Assembly: GCA_900617105.1 (NCBI GenBank) | Contig: UYFQ01000723.1 | Span: 124,001 to 188,000, forward strand | Length of the DNA: 64,000 bases | Direction of reading: 5' to 3' | Source: Hydrurus foetidus | Lineage: Eukaryota | Shown here: one piece after another, positions 53,104 to 64,000 of the stretch | How the letters are laid out: the number at the start of each line of letters is the position of its first letter | Numbering within the stretch: the stretch's first letter is position 1 | Notes under the pieces: generated by a model | Databases searched by the model: none | Told to the model about the DNA's origin: nothing | What the model saw: only the letters and a program-made list of their open reading frames with translations | Position numbers and translations under genes: made by a program

Positions 53104-53767
53104 ATGAAAAAACAGTTATTATAGTTCTACTATTTTTTATAGTTATTTCACTAACAAGCTGCAGAACCCTATCTGTGCCTGCAAATATTACAAACATAAA
53201 TGGGCTTACGCCATCTGTAAAATCGAAAATAGACTTTGTTACAGTGAATTCTACTTTCCACGATTCAATTATAAAAACGGATAGTATGAAAACTAATTAT
53301 CTAACGAAATATGATGGTACAAAAATTTATTTTGAAAAGCTTAATAATGAAATTTCGGATTAATTGCTCCTAACATATTTACAGTTGATAAAACACCTTA
53401 TAAAATGAAAGATTTAAAAGCCATTATGCACAAAGGAAAATATAAATTAAGCTGACTGGTGAGGGCGAAAAGGTGATTACGCAACTCAAGTTATTTCAGG
53501 AAAAGTAAGCCTTTATTATTACTACCAAGAAACATCAAAATCACCCATAAAATTGTACTTGCTCCTAAAGAAGGAGATAACCCTAAAAATTATATTGTAG
53601 TTGAGAATAGGCAAAAGTTTAATCAATTTTATAGCTGATTGTTCTTTAGCACAATGGATATGGTAAAAATCATCCTTACAAGTTTGTAGACAGTACAAAC
53701 AAAGAAGAGGATTTTATATAAAAGTTCTAAAACATATAATAACAATTGTAAAGAACTTATTAACTAA
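53104..53767 (+). CDS. Hypothetical lipoprotein
   Basis: MKKTVIIVLLFFIVISLTSC lipobox; frameshifted. Confidence 0.6.
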
Positions 53768-54140
53768 ATTCATAGCCGTCAGTATTTTTTGCTAGGTTTA
53801 TTGTCCACCAGAAACTTAGCAATCTTTCACATAGTTAGTATACCTACAAATCGCAACTTTATGATACCTATTTCGGTTGATATCTCCACCAACCGATAGA
53901 AAAACAGAAAGTTAATTGTTGAATAATTGTTGCTAAACTTTTCAAAACATAGTTTAGCCCTTGAAGATTTAAAACCTTCAATGACTTTTTATTTATTAAA
54001 TATTATTAGAAATATATAAAATCATCAGCAAAATGATTTGCAAAATGTTTACAACCATTATTAATAAAAACTTTAACACAGCTTAAAATAAAGTTTACAA
54101 AAGCGTTATTCATTCAGTAACCTATAATAGTCCGTATTAT

Positions 54141-56165
54141 ATGCTAAATCGTGATACCTTACTGAAAGCTTATGGTAGCCTCAAGGCTATGAGCAAGACT
54201 CTATGATACCAATAGGCAGATATGCAATTATGTTCCTCATCTTCTCGTGGGACACGAAGCCATTCAAATAGCTACTGGTCTTCAACTTCATCAACACGAT
54301 TGGGTTAGCCCTTATTATCGTGACGATGCAATGATGATGGCAATGGGGTTTTGAACCATATAAATTAATGCTGCAACTTCTTGGTAAAAGATGATGATCC
54401 ATTTAGTGGTGGTCGTTCATATTATTATCGTACTAGTAATGCAGGCAATGGTCATCCAGGTATCATACACCAAAGCAGTGCAACAGGTATGCAAGCTATA
54501 CCTACAACAGGTATTGCACAAGGTTTAAGGTATATCGAGTTAAACAATTTAAAGTTTTAAATAAAGGACACGAGGGCGAAACCCATTGTATTGTGTTCAA
54601 TGGGTGATGGTGCTAACTGAAGGCGAAGTAAGTGAAGCTTGCAATTTGCTGTTTTAAAGCGTTTGCCAATTATTTATTTAGTGCAAGACAATCAATTGGA
54701 GCATTAGTGCAAGTGCCGATGAATTTAGAAACAATGATACTTTTGAATATGCCGAAGGTTTTAAAGGAATGAAACGCTTTCAGTGCGATGGTAGCGATTT
54801 TTGAAGCTACGAAACAATGAAATGGCAATTGAATATGTTAGAACAGAAAGAATGCCTGTTTTGGTTCACGCAAAAGTGCCATTGCTAGGTCATCATACAA
54901 GTGGTGTTGAAAAGAGTTTTATAGAACCAGAGAAGATTTATTACGCCACGGCATACGATCCTTTACCAAATTAAGATTATTACTTACAGGCTCGGAGTGT
55001 TAACGAGTTTGAAATATGAACGATATTGAAGCACAGGTTGATAGAAATTACTGAAGCATTTGCAAACGCACAGCCTTCTGACCCGATGTGAGAGTATATC
55101 AGATCATATTTATGCACCAACTCCTGCAACACAAAGTGGGCATTAGAAAGCTTGGAATGGAGAAAAGGTATTGATGGTTGATGCTGCTTTACGCTATTGA
55201 AGAGATAATGAGAGAATATCTGAAAGTATTTTTATGGTCGGGATGTGGGTAAACGTTTAGGTGGTGTTTTCGGGAAGCTGCAACACTTGCAGAAAAATTT
55301 GGCGACAACCGTGTATTTAACACAGCCATTCAAGAAGCATATATAGTGGGTTCTACTGCTGGTTTATCTGCAGTTGGTATTAAACAATTGTTGAGGTTCA
55401 GTTTGGCGATTATATTTATCCAGCTATTAATCGGTTGGTAAACGAAATATCTCGTTCAAACTATTTAACCAATGGTAAGTTTCAATTCAAATGGTGCTAC
55501 GTGTGCCAGTTGGTCCTTACGATGGTGGTGGACCATACCACAGTGGAAGTATAAGAAAGCACTTTACTTAGTATTAAAGGAATTAAAGTGGTATATCCTT
55601 CAAATGCTGCTGATATGAAAGGTTTGATGAAAGCAGCTTTTCTTGACAAATCCTGTTATAATGCTTGAGCATAAAAGGATTATATTGGAGTAAGGTTGAA
55701 GGAACAGATGCAGCAAAACAATTAGACAAGCAGCGATTATGTTTTGCCTTTGGGTAAAGCAGCAGTTGCTTTACAAGCAGATGCTGATAAAGTTAAAGAA
55801 GGTGATACTGTGTGTATTGTTACTTATGGTATGGGTGTGCAGTGGCAGAAACGCAACAAAACAATTTGATGGCAATGTTGAGGTAGTTGATTTGCGTTCA
55901 CTATATCCTTTAGATGAAGAATTAGTTTTTGAACAAGTTAAAAAGCACGGAAAAGTTATTGTATTAAGTGAAAAGAGCAACAAAGCAATTCGTTTGCTGA
56001 GTCTTTATCGCTTAAATTTCTAATGCTTGTTATCATTTCTTAGATGCAAAAGTTGAGGTAATTGGTGCAATGGTTTGCCTGCAGTGCCTATTAGCCTTGC
56101 ATTAGAGAACAATGTTGCCTACAGTTGAAAAGGTTAAAGCAGAATTACTAAATTACTATAATTAA
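54141..56165 (+). CDS. Fused 2-oxoacid dehydrogenase E1 alpha/beta (branched-chain type)
   Basis: SSRGHEAIQ, PYYRD, QSSATGMQA, GHHTSG, GGVFREAA, VEVQFGDYI, GGGPYHSGS, DLRSLYPLD. Confidence 0.92.
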
Positions 56166-56186
56166 TTTGGGTTTCTAACAAGCTAC

Positions 56187-56194
56187 TATATTTG
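56187..56194 (+). promoter_or_regulatory. Bacteroidota -7 promoter element for the tRNA
   Basis: TATATTTG matches TAnnTTTG, 12 nt upstream of the tRNA. Confidence 0.65.
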
Positions 56195-56205
56195 CAGCCC
56201 TAAAT

Positions 56206-56278
56206 GGCGAGGTAGCTCAGCTGGTTAGAGCATCGGTTCATAACCCGAAGGTCGGCAGTTCAAGTCTGCTCCTCGCTA
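56206..56278 (+). tRNA. tRNA-Met (CAT), probably elongator
   Basis: GGCGAGG acceptor pairs with CCTCGCT; D-arm TAGCTCAGCTGGTTAGAGC; TTCATAA anticodon loop; GTTCAAGT T-loop; anticodon stem probably lacks one base from a sequencing error. Confidence 0.92.
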
Positions 56279-56392
56279 CATAATAAATAAAAAGAGGTTT
56301 CGTTAGAAACCTCTTTTTTGTTCTGATATATTGTTTCAAAATAATCATCATTCATTTTTCGCTTATATATTTGCAGCACAAAACACACAGTT

Positions 56393-56549
56393 ATGGAAGC
56401 AAAAAATCAACAGGTAAGTATTGGATGTATTTTACTATTTGGACAGCTTTATTGGTTTATATGTTAGCAACCCAGATGTTAGACAATGGTTTTGGTTAGC
56501 ATTACCAGGTGTTTGCACACATTTTGCAAAAGGAATGGATATTATGTAA
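56393..56549 (+). CDS. Small membrane protein (~52 aa)
   Basis: MEAKNQQVSIGCILLF...WFWLALPGVCTHFAKGMDIM*; own TATATTTG promoter and terminator. Confidence 0.55.
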
Positions 56550-56566
56550 TTTCAATTTATCATTAT

Positions 56567-56604
56567 AAAAAAGCCCTTGAATAAAATTATTCAAGGGCTT
56601 TTTT
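56567..56604. terminator. Bidirectional terminator
   Basis: AAAAAGCCCTTGAATAA/TTATTCAAGGGCTTTTT. Confidence 0.85.
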
Positions 56605-56617
56605 GTTAATTCTTATG

Positions 56618-57056
56618 TTTAGTTTTTCTTTATACTGAATGTGCTAACTCTTCCTGTTAGATATTTTTAACATAATCGTTTCTTTATCTGTTTCAAAGAT
56701 GCAAAATAATTCCTCGTTATCTGCATCTACCAATTCAATACAGTCTTTTAGCTTATACGGAGGAAGAGGTATTTCTTAACAATTGTTTCGGTGCATTTTG
56801 TAATAAAATTATCAAATTTAAACTTGTTACTTGTTGCTAAAAGTTCGCCTTCATAATTATAAATAGCTACTTTGCTTATGCCGTTCAAATTAAAGCTTGC
56901 TTTAACATAATCATTTGCTGGTTTCCAACTTACATTTTTGCATTATTAAAACTAGTTTTAAAATTGTTAATGATATTGAAACTTACATGTTTTCGTCTGC
57001 AAATGCAGGTTGTAGTAAACATTATAACTACTGCAATTACTAAAAATCTTTTTCAT
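56618..57056 (-). CDS. Secreted PepSY-like/BLIP-like hypothetical protein
   Basis: Signal peptide; F.NAKNVSW...KASF....KVAIYNYEGELLA. Confidence 0.55.
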
Positions 57057-57331
57057 TTTTCTCTTTTGTGGTTAAATAAAGTAATTTCGGACACAAAAAT
57101 ATTTGCAGCGTAACAAGAGATTTATCGATTTGGATGAAGGATTGTTTAACTAATAAGTAATGGATAAACGGCTTTTAAGTTGCATTTAAAAACAACTAAA
57201 TATTCTGAAACAATTGATACTATTGACTTTGCACGTATTGTAAAAAAACCCTAAAAGTGTTGAAAAATTCTTGTTTTGGGTAGAGTGGTTGTAGCAGCCA
57301 GTCAATTGGCTCTCATTTGCAATACTAATCT

Positions 57332-58213
57332 CTAATTTTCGTCTCATTTTTCTCATACTATAGTTTACTAAAACACACAGATATGGTGATAAGAGACCCT
57401 ATAATAATTGTTGCAGTAAGTTTTCCTTCAAAAAATAGTTCCTGTAATCATTGCCACAATTGGATTAATATATGCATACAAAACTGCAATAGATGGATTC
57501 AAATGTTTGAGAGAATAAACAAATGCAATAATGGCAATAATAGAACCAGCAGCAATAAGGTAAGCCACAGCCATCCAAGCTTCAAAGAAATACTTGAAAT
57601 AGAATTGTTTTTCAGTTGAAAAACTAATAATAACAATAAAAGAACTAAACAACATCTGCCAACCCATTCCAAAATAGAGTTCATTTCAAGGTATTTTTGG
57701 CAACTAAAATGCTACTTAAACTCAAGAGAGCATTGCAATAATTGCTAAAGTTAGCCTAGTAAATACCCTGTGGGATGAGCTCCAAATGCATTATCATAAA
57801 ACACAAAGCAATACCTCAATACCTAATAAAATACCAACAATTGTGCTAAAATTGATTGTTTTATTTTTGAAGAAGAAGTATTCAATAATAACAACACTTA
57901 ATGGATACAATGCACCAATTAATGCACCAAGCCACTTGATATATATTTCAAACTGTAAATTACTTAAAAGCATTTGCCATTACAAAAGCCAACACACCAA
58001 ACAGAAATAATTTTTTTAACTGCGATTTTGTTGTAGCGGTTCTTTCTTTATCAAAAACTGATAAATATTGAGCTGCTATAAACTGTCTTATTGCTGCCAA
58101 TTCAAAAGCAGGAATACCTTTGATTCCAAATTTCATAGCAACCAAGTGGTACCCCAAATAATACTTGTTGCAGTTAAAGCTAAATATGCTTTTTGTTTTG
58201 AATGAATTGCCAT
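57332..58213 (-). CDS. EamA/DMT-family transporter
   Basis: WGT..VAMKFG, LAAIRQ, GWQML, YAYINPIVA. Confidence 0.9.
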
Positions 58214-60240
58214 TAAAGATTAATTTCAAATGCTCCTTGCAAAGAGCATATATGATATTACAAATGTAAACTATCGCAAGCCTGTTTCCTTTGTTGATTT
58301 TCCACATTGAATTACTTCCATCGAGATGTATTGCTTACAATCGAAAGTTTCATAAAGTATATTGATATTGACTTTAGGATTTTTGTAACAATTACAGCAT
58401 CAACTTTTATCTTTCTCCAGCATAAAACTGGCGAATCAACAACGACAATGTTTTTGTTTTTGCCAAAATGAAATTGTTCTTGTAGGTGATATTGAAGATT
58501 GAATCAGATTCTGTTGTTCTGTGCAATATTCGTGATGGTTTGATATGGAAGTTTCTTAAAAGCCGTCTTCTTTCAAAATAGAATCGCCAATAAAAAATAG
58601 CTTTTCTTCCATCAACCAAATCAATGGCAGTATGTTTTGGAACATTATAAACAATTATTTTTTCTTGCTGATTTTTGTTTACAAAATCTACACTTCTCAA
58701 TCAATAAAACACATTAAAAGAACAAACCAGTTAACATTGATTTACTCTTTTTCTATCAACCAATGGCTAAAACCAATGATGGATGCAAACAATATAATAG
58801 CTTGTAAAATACTTATTTGAATAGACTCCCAAACTGCAAAGGCAATGCATCTATATTTAAAATAAACTTATTTAAAACTGCTATAGCCCACTCTATCCTT
58901 TACCAATAAAACTTGCAGCATTTGACCAAAAAGAAAAATCAATAACAAAAGTTCAGCATAAAGTATTAAACCAGAAAGGGAACAGCAAAATATTTGCAAA
59001 TAAAAACAAGTTTGGAAACTGATGAAAATGATATAACACAATTGGTAATGTGAGGATTTGAGCAGAAAGTGTAATTGCATTTAACTCCCAAAATCCTTTC
59101 AATAATTTATTCTTAAAATAAAACCATTTTTTAACATAGGGAGAAAAAAAACAACAATACTCAAAACTGCTGAATATGAAAGTTGAAACCTACATCCCAC
59201 ATACTAAATGGGTTTATAATTAAAATAATTAATGCTGATATTGCCAAACCATTATAAATGTTAGAACGTTTGCCTAGTGAGTCTGCAATTACAATGCAAG
59301 TAATAATGGCACTTCGCAAAATTGATGGAGCCATTCCTGCAATAAAACTGAACATCATAAAATAAAAATGACTGTAATTGGCTTTAATATTTTGCTGAAT
59401 TTATAGCGATTAAAAGGCTTAAATAAAAGATAAGCAATCCATAAATCATTCCTAAATGCAACCCACTAATTGCAATAATATGCAACACCTGTGTTGCTGT
59501 ATGCCTAACTAAATCTCTATCAAGTTCGTCCCTATAACCAATTAATAAAGCTTCGGCAATGCTTAACTCATCTTGCGATTTAATATTTTTCAATATTGTT
59601 AAACCATTTTGTTCTAATATTTATAAAGTGCATTAGTAAACCAATTTGTTTTGAACAGTTGGCAGAATTGTAAAATTATTATCACTTAAAAGCACGATAA
59701 TGTATGTCTTAAAACTACAATATCTTGCATAATTAAATCCTCCTGGATTGCCAGAGTTTACAATACTTGTAACATTTTTAGTATAATTTGAGACCATAAT
59801 TCACGTTGGGCATAGAGCTATCTTTCCTAAAATATAGCAATATCACCTTCAACATTTTGCCAAATTCCATTACTATAAACTGCATTAAATGTTGCAAGAG
59901 CTTTAAAACTTTTTCTTTTGTACTTATGTTTTCTTGCAGCGTTACAATAACGCGTTCTTTATTAATATAATTTCCTACCCAAGCAGCTCTGTTAGATATA
60001 TTTTTTGTAAAGGCTAAACCTCCACCAATTGTTATCAAAAATAAATTAATTAGCAAGCCTTTTATCCAACCAGCATTTCTTTTGGCTAGTGATATAAACG
60101 AAAAGTAACTAATAAAATGCAGGACATTACTGACAACCAAACCAACAACTTTATGTCAATAGAAAAATGATATTGAAATAGAATACCAACAACTATTGGA
60201 ATCAAAAATCTAAGTGCTGAATTTGTTTTATAAAATTGTT
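58213..60240 (-). CDS. comEC: ComEC/Rec2 competence protein
   Basis: NPGGFNY, EALLIGYRDELD, HIIAISGLHLG, PSILRSAI, WDVGF; start approximate. Confidence 0.9.
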
Positions 60241-60340
60241 AGCGTAAAATTTCACTTTTATATTTTTGAGTATCAGAATTGAAGTTACCTTAGCCAAAGA
60301 TTCTTTATCTGCTTGTAAAACAAAATCTTAACATTAAAAT

Positions 60341-61647
60341 ATGAGTTTACCAAAATATATTGGCATAAAATTGTTACTTTTTTTATGTTTTCAAATCAAC
60401 ACATATCACAATCAATTAGCTTAAACAATTCGTTTATTAAGGTTAATGGAACACAATTTATTCTTAACAATAAACCATACTGTTATGTAGGAGCCAATTT
60501 TTGGGCAGGTATGAATCTTGGTTCTTTGTCTAAAAGTGGCAATAGAGAAAGGCTAATTCGTGAACTTGATAGAATGGCAGGTATGGTATTAACAATCTTA
60601 GAATTATGGCTTTAACAGAAGGTCAGATACTGAGCCATACAGAATTATTCCATCAAATAATGATAGTGGAATTTTAAAAGAAGAATACCTAATTGGATTA
60701 GATTTTTGCTAGTAGAAATGAAGAAAAAAATATGTATGCAGTTGTTTGTCTCAGCAATTTTGGCCCTGGGTGGTGGTTTTGCACAGTATCAAAAATGGGT
60801 GGGTGATATAAAAACTATACACTATCAATGGATACAACAAAAGCACAAGACTGGGATTTATATATGCAAGAAACTGCAAAATTTTATAGTTCACCGAAAG
60901 CAATTGAATTATATCTTAACTCAATAAAAAAAAATAATCCTGCGTGTAAGCACTCTGTCAAATCAACAGTATAAAAACGATAACTATTATGAGTTGGGAG
61001 CTTTGCAATGAACAGAGGAATGAAAAATGTTAAAGATTATTTGCTATGGATTGATAAATCTGCAAGCTACATTAAACAAATTGATAGCAACCATTTGGTA
61101 ACTGTTGGTAGCGAAGGATTAGACTCTTATAAAAGACTCAATGGAACTCCATTTACCGAAACACATCAAAGAGTAAATTTATAGATTACACTTGTGTTCA
61201 CTTGTGGGTTCAGAACTGGAATTGGTACGATGTAAAAATCATCAATCAACATATCAAAATGCTTTAAAAAGTAGCAGCATATTTAGATGAACATATAAAT
61301 CTTGCTGCAAAACTAATAAGCCCTTTGTCCTTGAAAAATTTGGTATTGGTAGAGATAGCGGTAGTTATGATTTTGCATCCAAAACAAAAATTAGAATGAC
61401 TATTACAGCTATGTTTTAAATTAATTTATAATCATACAAAACAACACAAAGCTGTTGGCGTTAATTTTTGGGCTTGGGTGGTGAAGGCAGACCAAGAATT
61501 AGTGGCTGTTGGTGGAAAAGAAGATGATGATTTTATGGTGATCCACCACACGAACAACAAGGCTGGTATTCGGTTTATGATAAAGACAAATCAACACTTA
61601 AAGTGATTAAAAAATACACTAGGCTTATGAATAAGTTAAGAAAGTAG
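60341..61647 (+). CDS. GH5 endo-1,4-beta-mannanase/mannosidase
   Basis: YVGANFW, RLIRELD, SWELCNE, HLVTVGSEG, HLWVQNW, NFWAW.GEG, GDPPHEQQGWYSV. Confidence 0.88.
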
Positions 61648-61832
61648 CTTAAACATAACAATCAATCTTTGTTTAATATAATAACCAGAATAGACAAATA
61701 AAGAGAGAGCTGCAAAATTTCATTTTGTATATTAGTTGCTACTCCTTACTTTTGCCGCCCTTTCACAAACAACAGAATGGTGACTACTGTAAACTGAAAT
61801 AATATTATAGCATTTAAAAATTGTAAAACACA

Positions 61833-61985
61833 ATGAAACGTACTTATCAACCATAAACGCCGTCGTAAATCAGTTCACGGTTTCGCCAAAGAATGCAAAC
61901 TGCTAATGGCCGTAAGGTTTTAGCTAGTCGTCGTGCTAAAGGACGTCACAAACTAACAGTTTCTGACGAGAAAGGTTTAAAATAG
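61833..61985 (+). CDS. rpmH: 50S ribosomal protein L34
   Basis: [40 protein letters not shown]. Confidence 0.95.
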
Positions 61986-62017
61986 AAAATAACTTAAAGT
62001 TTAATAGAACTAAGATG

Positions 62018-62057
62018 TAGGTTATAATTTGAATTATTTTACTCAAATTATAACCTA
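62018..62057 (+). terminator. Terminator-like hairpin after rpmH
   Basis: TAGGTTATAATTTGA/TCAAATTATAACCTA. Confidence 0.7.
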
Positions 62058-62109
62058 TATTATTTTATTAGACAAAATGTCCTAACTTCATCGTAATGAA
62101 TTTTTAAGG

Positions 62110-62455
62110 ATGAAAGCTTTTACAAAATACTATTTACTCTTGCCTTTTCTATTGGTGTGTCATCCTTCGGACACACAAGCAATGAAGGTATTTTTGCTGA
62201 TCAAAAGATTAGATTTGTTCAATGTTATCCTAATCCTGCATCTATAAGCATCAATTTTGAGTTTAATATAGCTACTGATAAAACATTTGTGTTATCAGTT
62301 TATAATTTTATTGGCAAAAGTCGATGAAGTCAAAGTAAGTACTGCGAAAATAAATCTCAACTTAGATAATTACTACAGAGGTTTATATGTCTATCAAGTG
62401 CGTGATAAACAAGGTCCTACTAATTGAAAGTGGAAAATTTCAGGTAGTTAAATAA
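62110..62455 (+). CDS. Small protein consisting of a signal peptide plus a T9SS CTD
   Basis: CYPNPA..SINFEF, VYNFIGK, YRGLYVYQ, SGKFQVVK*. Confidence 0.75.
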
Positions 62456-62457
62456 TT

Positions 62458-63026
62458 TTACATTTCTCCCCACTTATACGAGTTCGTTTCTATTCCAGCA
62501 AGTTGTAACATTCTATCTACAACAGTTTCTGCTAATTGCTCAATGTTTAGGTTTTGAATAAAATGATGGTGTTGCAGGACATATTATTCCTCCAGCCAAT
62601 GTTATAGTTTCATATTTTTAATATGAATTAAATTGTATGGGGTTTCTCTGGCAACAACAATTAATTTTCTTCTTTCTTTCAAAATCACATCTGCTGATCG
62701 AGTAATTAAATCATCACTTATTCCATTTGCAATTCGTCCTAAAGTACCCATACTGCAAGGGACAATAAACATAATATTATATCTAGCAGAACCAGATGCA
62801 AATGGTGCAGAAAAATCATTTTTTCGTAAAACTTGATAGGATAATTTTTATATGAGTCGTTATCCAATTCTGTTTGCCAAACCTCCTTTGCATTATTGCT
62901 CATCACAACAGCTAAACTCTCCCATTGACTATTAGACGCTACAAGCTTATCTAACAATACTTTTGCATATATTGAGCCACTAGCACCAGTTATAGCAACA
63001 ACAATTTTGTGTTTTAAATTCGTCAT
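62458..63026 (-). CDS. ubiX: UbiX-family flavin prenyltransferase
   Basis: [52 protein letters not shown]. Confidence 0.93.
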
Positions 63027-63029
63027 AAT

Positions 63030-63647
63030 TTATGATTCTAGTTGTTCTATCATCTCTTTCATTTCAGCTAAATGATTCCCATATAATTTTCGCAAATACC
63101 ATTTTGTAAAGAAGAACATTCCTACAGAAAATATCACTACTACTGAAACTAATAGAACTATATATTTTTTAAGATTGATAGAAGTTGGTAACATAGTTGT
63201 ATCTATGTTATGCTCACTATCCATATAGCCAAATAGCCAGAAAACAAAAGACAAATTGGAATAAGTAACATTGTAAATTGAAAATATCTTTTACAAATTC
63301 ATTAACAGTAAATGCATCTTTTTAGATTGTCTTTTATTGAATCAGCGGAAGATGTCAAAGAGTTTATTCGTTTTAATAAATAGAATAAAACCTGTAAAAT
63401 TAATATGACCAATAAAAGAAGGAGAAATAAATTTTAATACTTGAATTTTTGAGAATAAACTTACATAACCAAAACAACTATAAAAATAATGCTGAAAACA
63501 ATTTCAGTCAATAAACTATTCCTAATCTTACTAACAACAGAATTTGTTTTATGTTGTTGAGTGAAGATACATTAGAAACAACCATTTCAAAGCTTTGGTC
63601 GCCTTCTAAACGTTTATTTAATTGTATTTTTAGTTCATCTAAATCAT
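63030..63647 (-). CDS. Membrane protein downstream of the ECF sigma factor (putative anti-sigma)
   Basis: LDELK N-terminus, several TMs, YLRKLYGNHL C-terminus. Confidence 0.6.
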
Positions 63648-63651
63648 TCTA

Positions 63652-64000
63652 CTAGGTTTTATAACTGATAATTTTTTCAGTCTCCTCTTTCAATTTTATT
63701 TTCAGTCGATTCATTTTAACAGCAACATTATTTGGTGTGATACCAAGTGTTTCGCCAATTTCAACATAACTAAAATCTTCCAAATAAAGCATCACTAATG
63801 CTTTATCTATTTTATTTAATTTACCAATTGCTTTGTACATTGCTTTTACCTGCTCTTCAATATTATCTTCGTTGTTAGAAATTTCAGGCAAGTTCTCTGT
63901 AAAGCTAGTTTGTACTTGTTTTTTTTCTTTCTAAAAAAGTTATAGCCGTATTTAATGCCACTCTGTACAACCAAGTACTAAATTGAGCCTCACCTCTAAA
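63652..64000 (-). CDS. ECF RNA polymerase sigma factor (5' end outside the window)
   Basis: FSTWLYRVALNTAI; MYKAIGKL..DKALVMLYLEDFSYVEIGETLGIT.NNV.VKMNRLK. Confidence 0.92.

Noticed and set aside
56206..57056. Integrative element at the tRNA-Met
   Set aside because: No integrase and no duplicated tRNA 3' end in the window.
61650..61985. oriC near rpmH
   Set aside because: No dnaA, rnpA or yidC adjacent and no cluster of DnaA boxes seen.

Overview
An AT-rich chromosomal segment from a Bacteroidota bacterium. The assignment is inferred from TAnnTTTG promoter motifs, T9SS C-terminal domains and an RprY-like regulator; the gene content resembles Chitinophagaceae. Almost every gene, including essential ones (eno, accD, alaS, gatB, holA, rpmH), is broken by single-base deletions, mostly in homopolymers. 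This is the signature of an unpolished long-read assembly, so CDS coordinates are reconstructed across frameshifts and approximate. Most of the window is housekeeping genes. Items that stand out: (1) an array of 17-bp palindromes at ~40-42-bp period directly upstream of an unknown ~235-aa gene with its own terminator (2.85-3.85 kb); (2) a second, unrelated palindromic array of similar period at 50.9-51.1 kb; (3) a non-canonical cellulose/EPS-synthase-like locus at 19.7-27.8 kb (degenerate sensor kinase, BcsB-like protein, GSPII_N-GT2, polytopic membrane protein, divergent GH5); (4) a four-helix-bundle gene between inverted heptamer-repeat tracts, with similar tracts at gene-less sites and inside a coding sequence; (5) a REP-like doublet, a duplicated T9SS tail, a PaaR-like operator and a candidate small ORF/sRNA. 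No CRISPR-Cas, transposase, integrase or rRNA was found.
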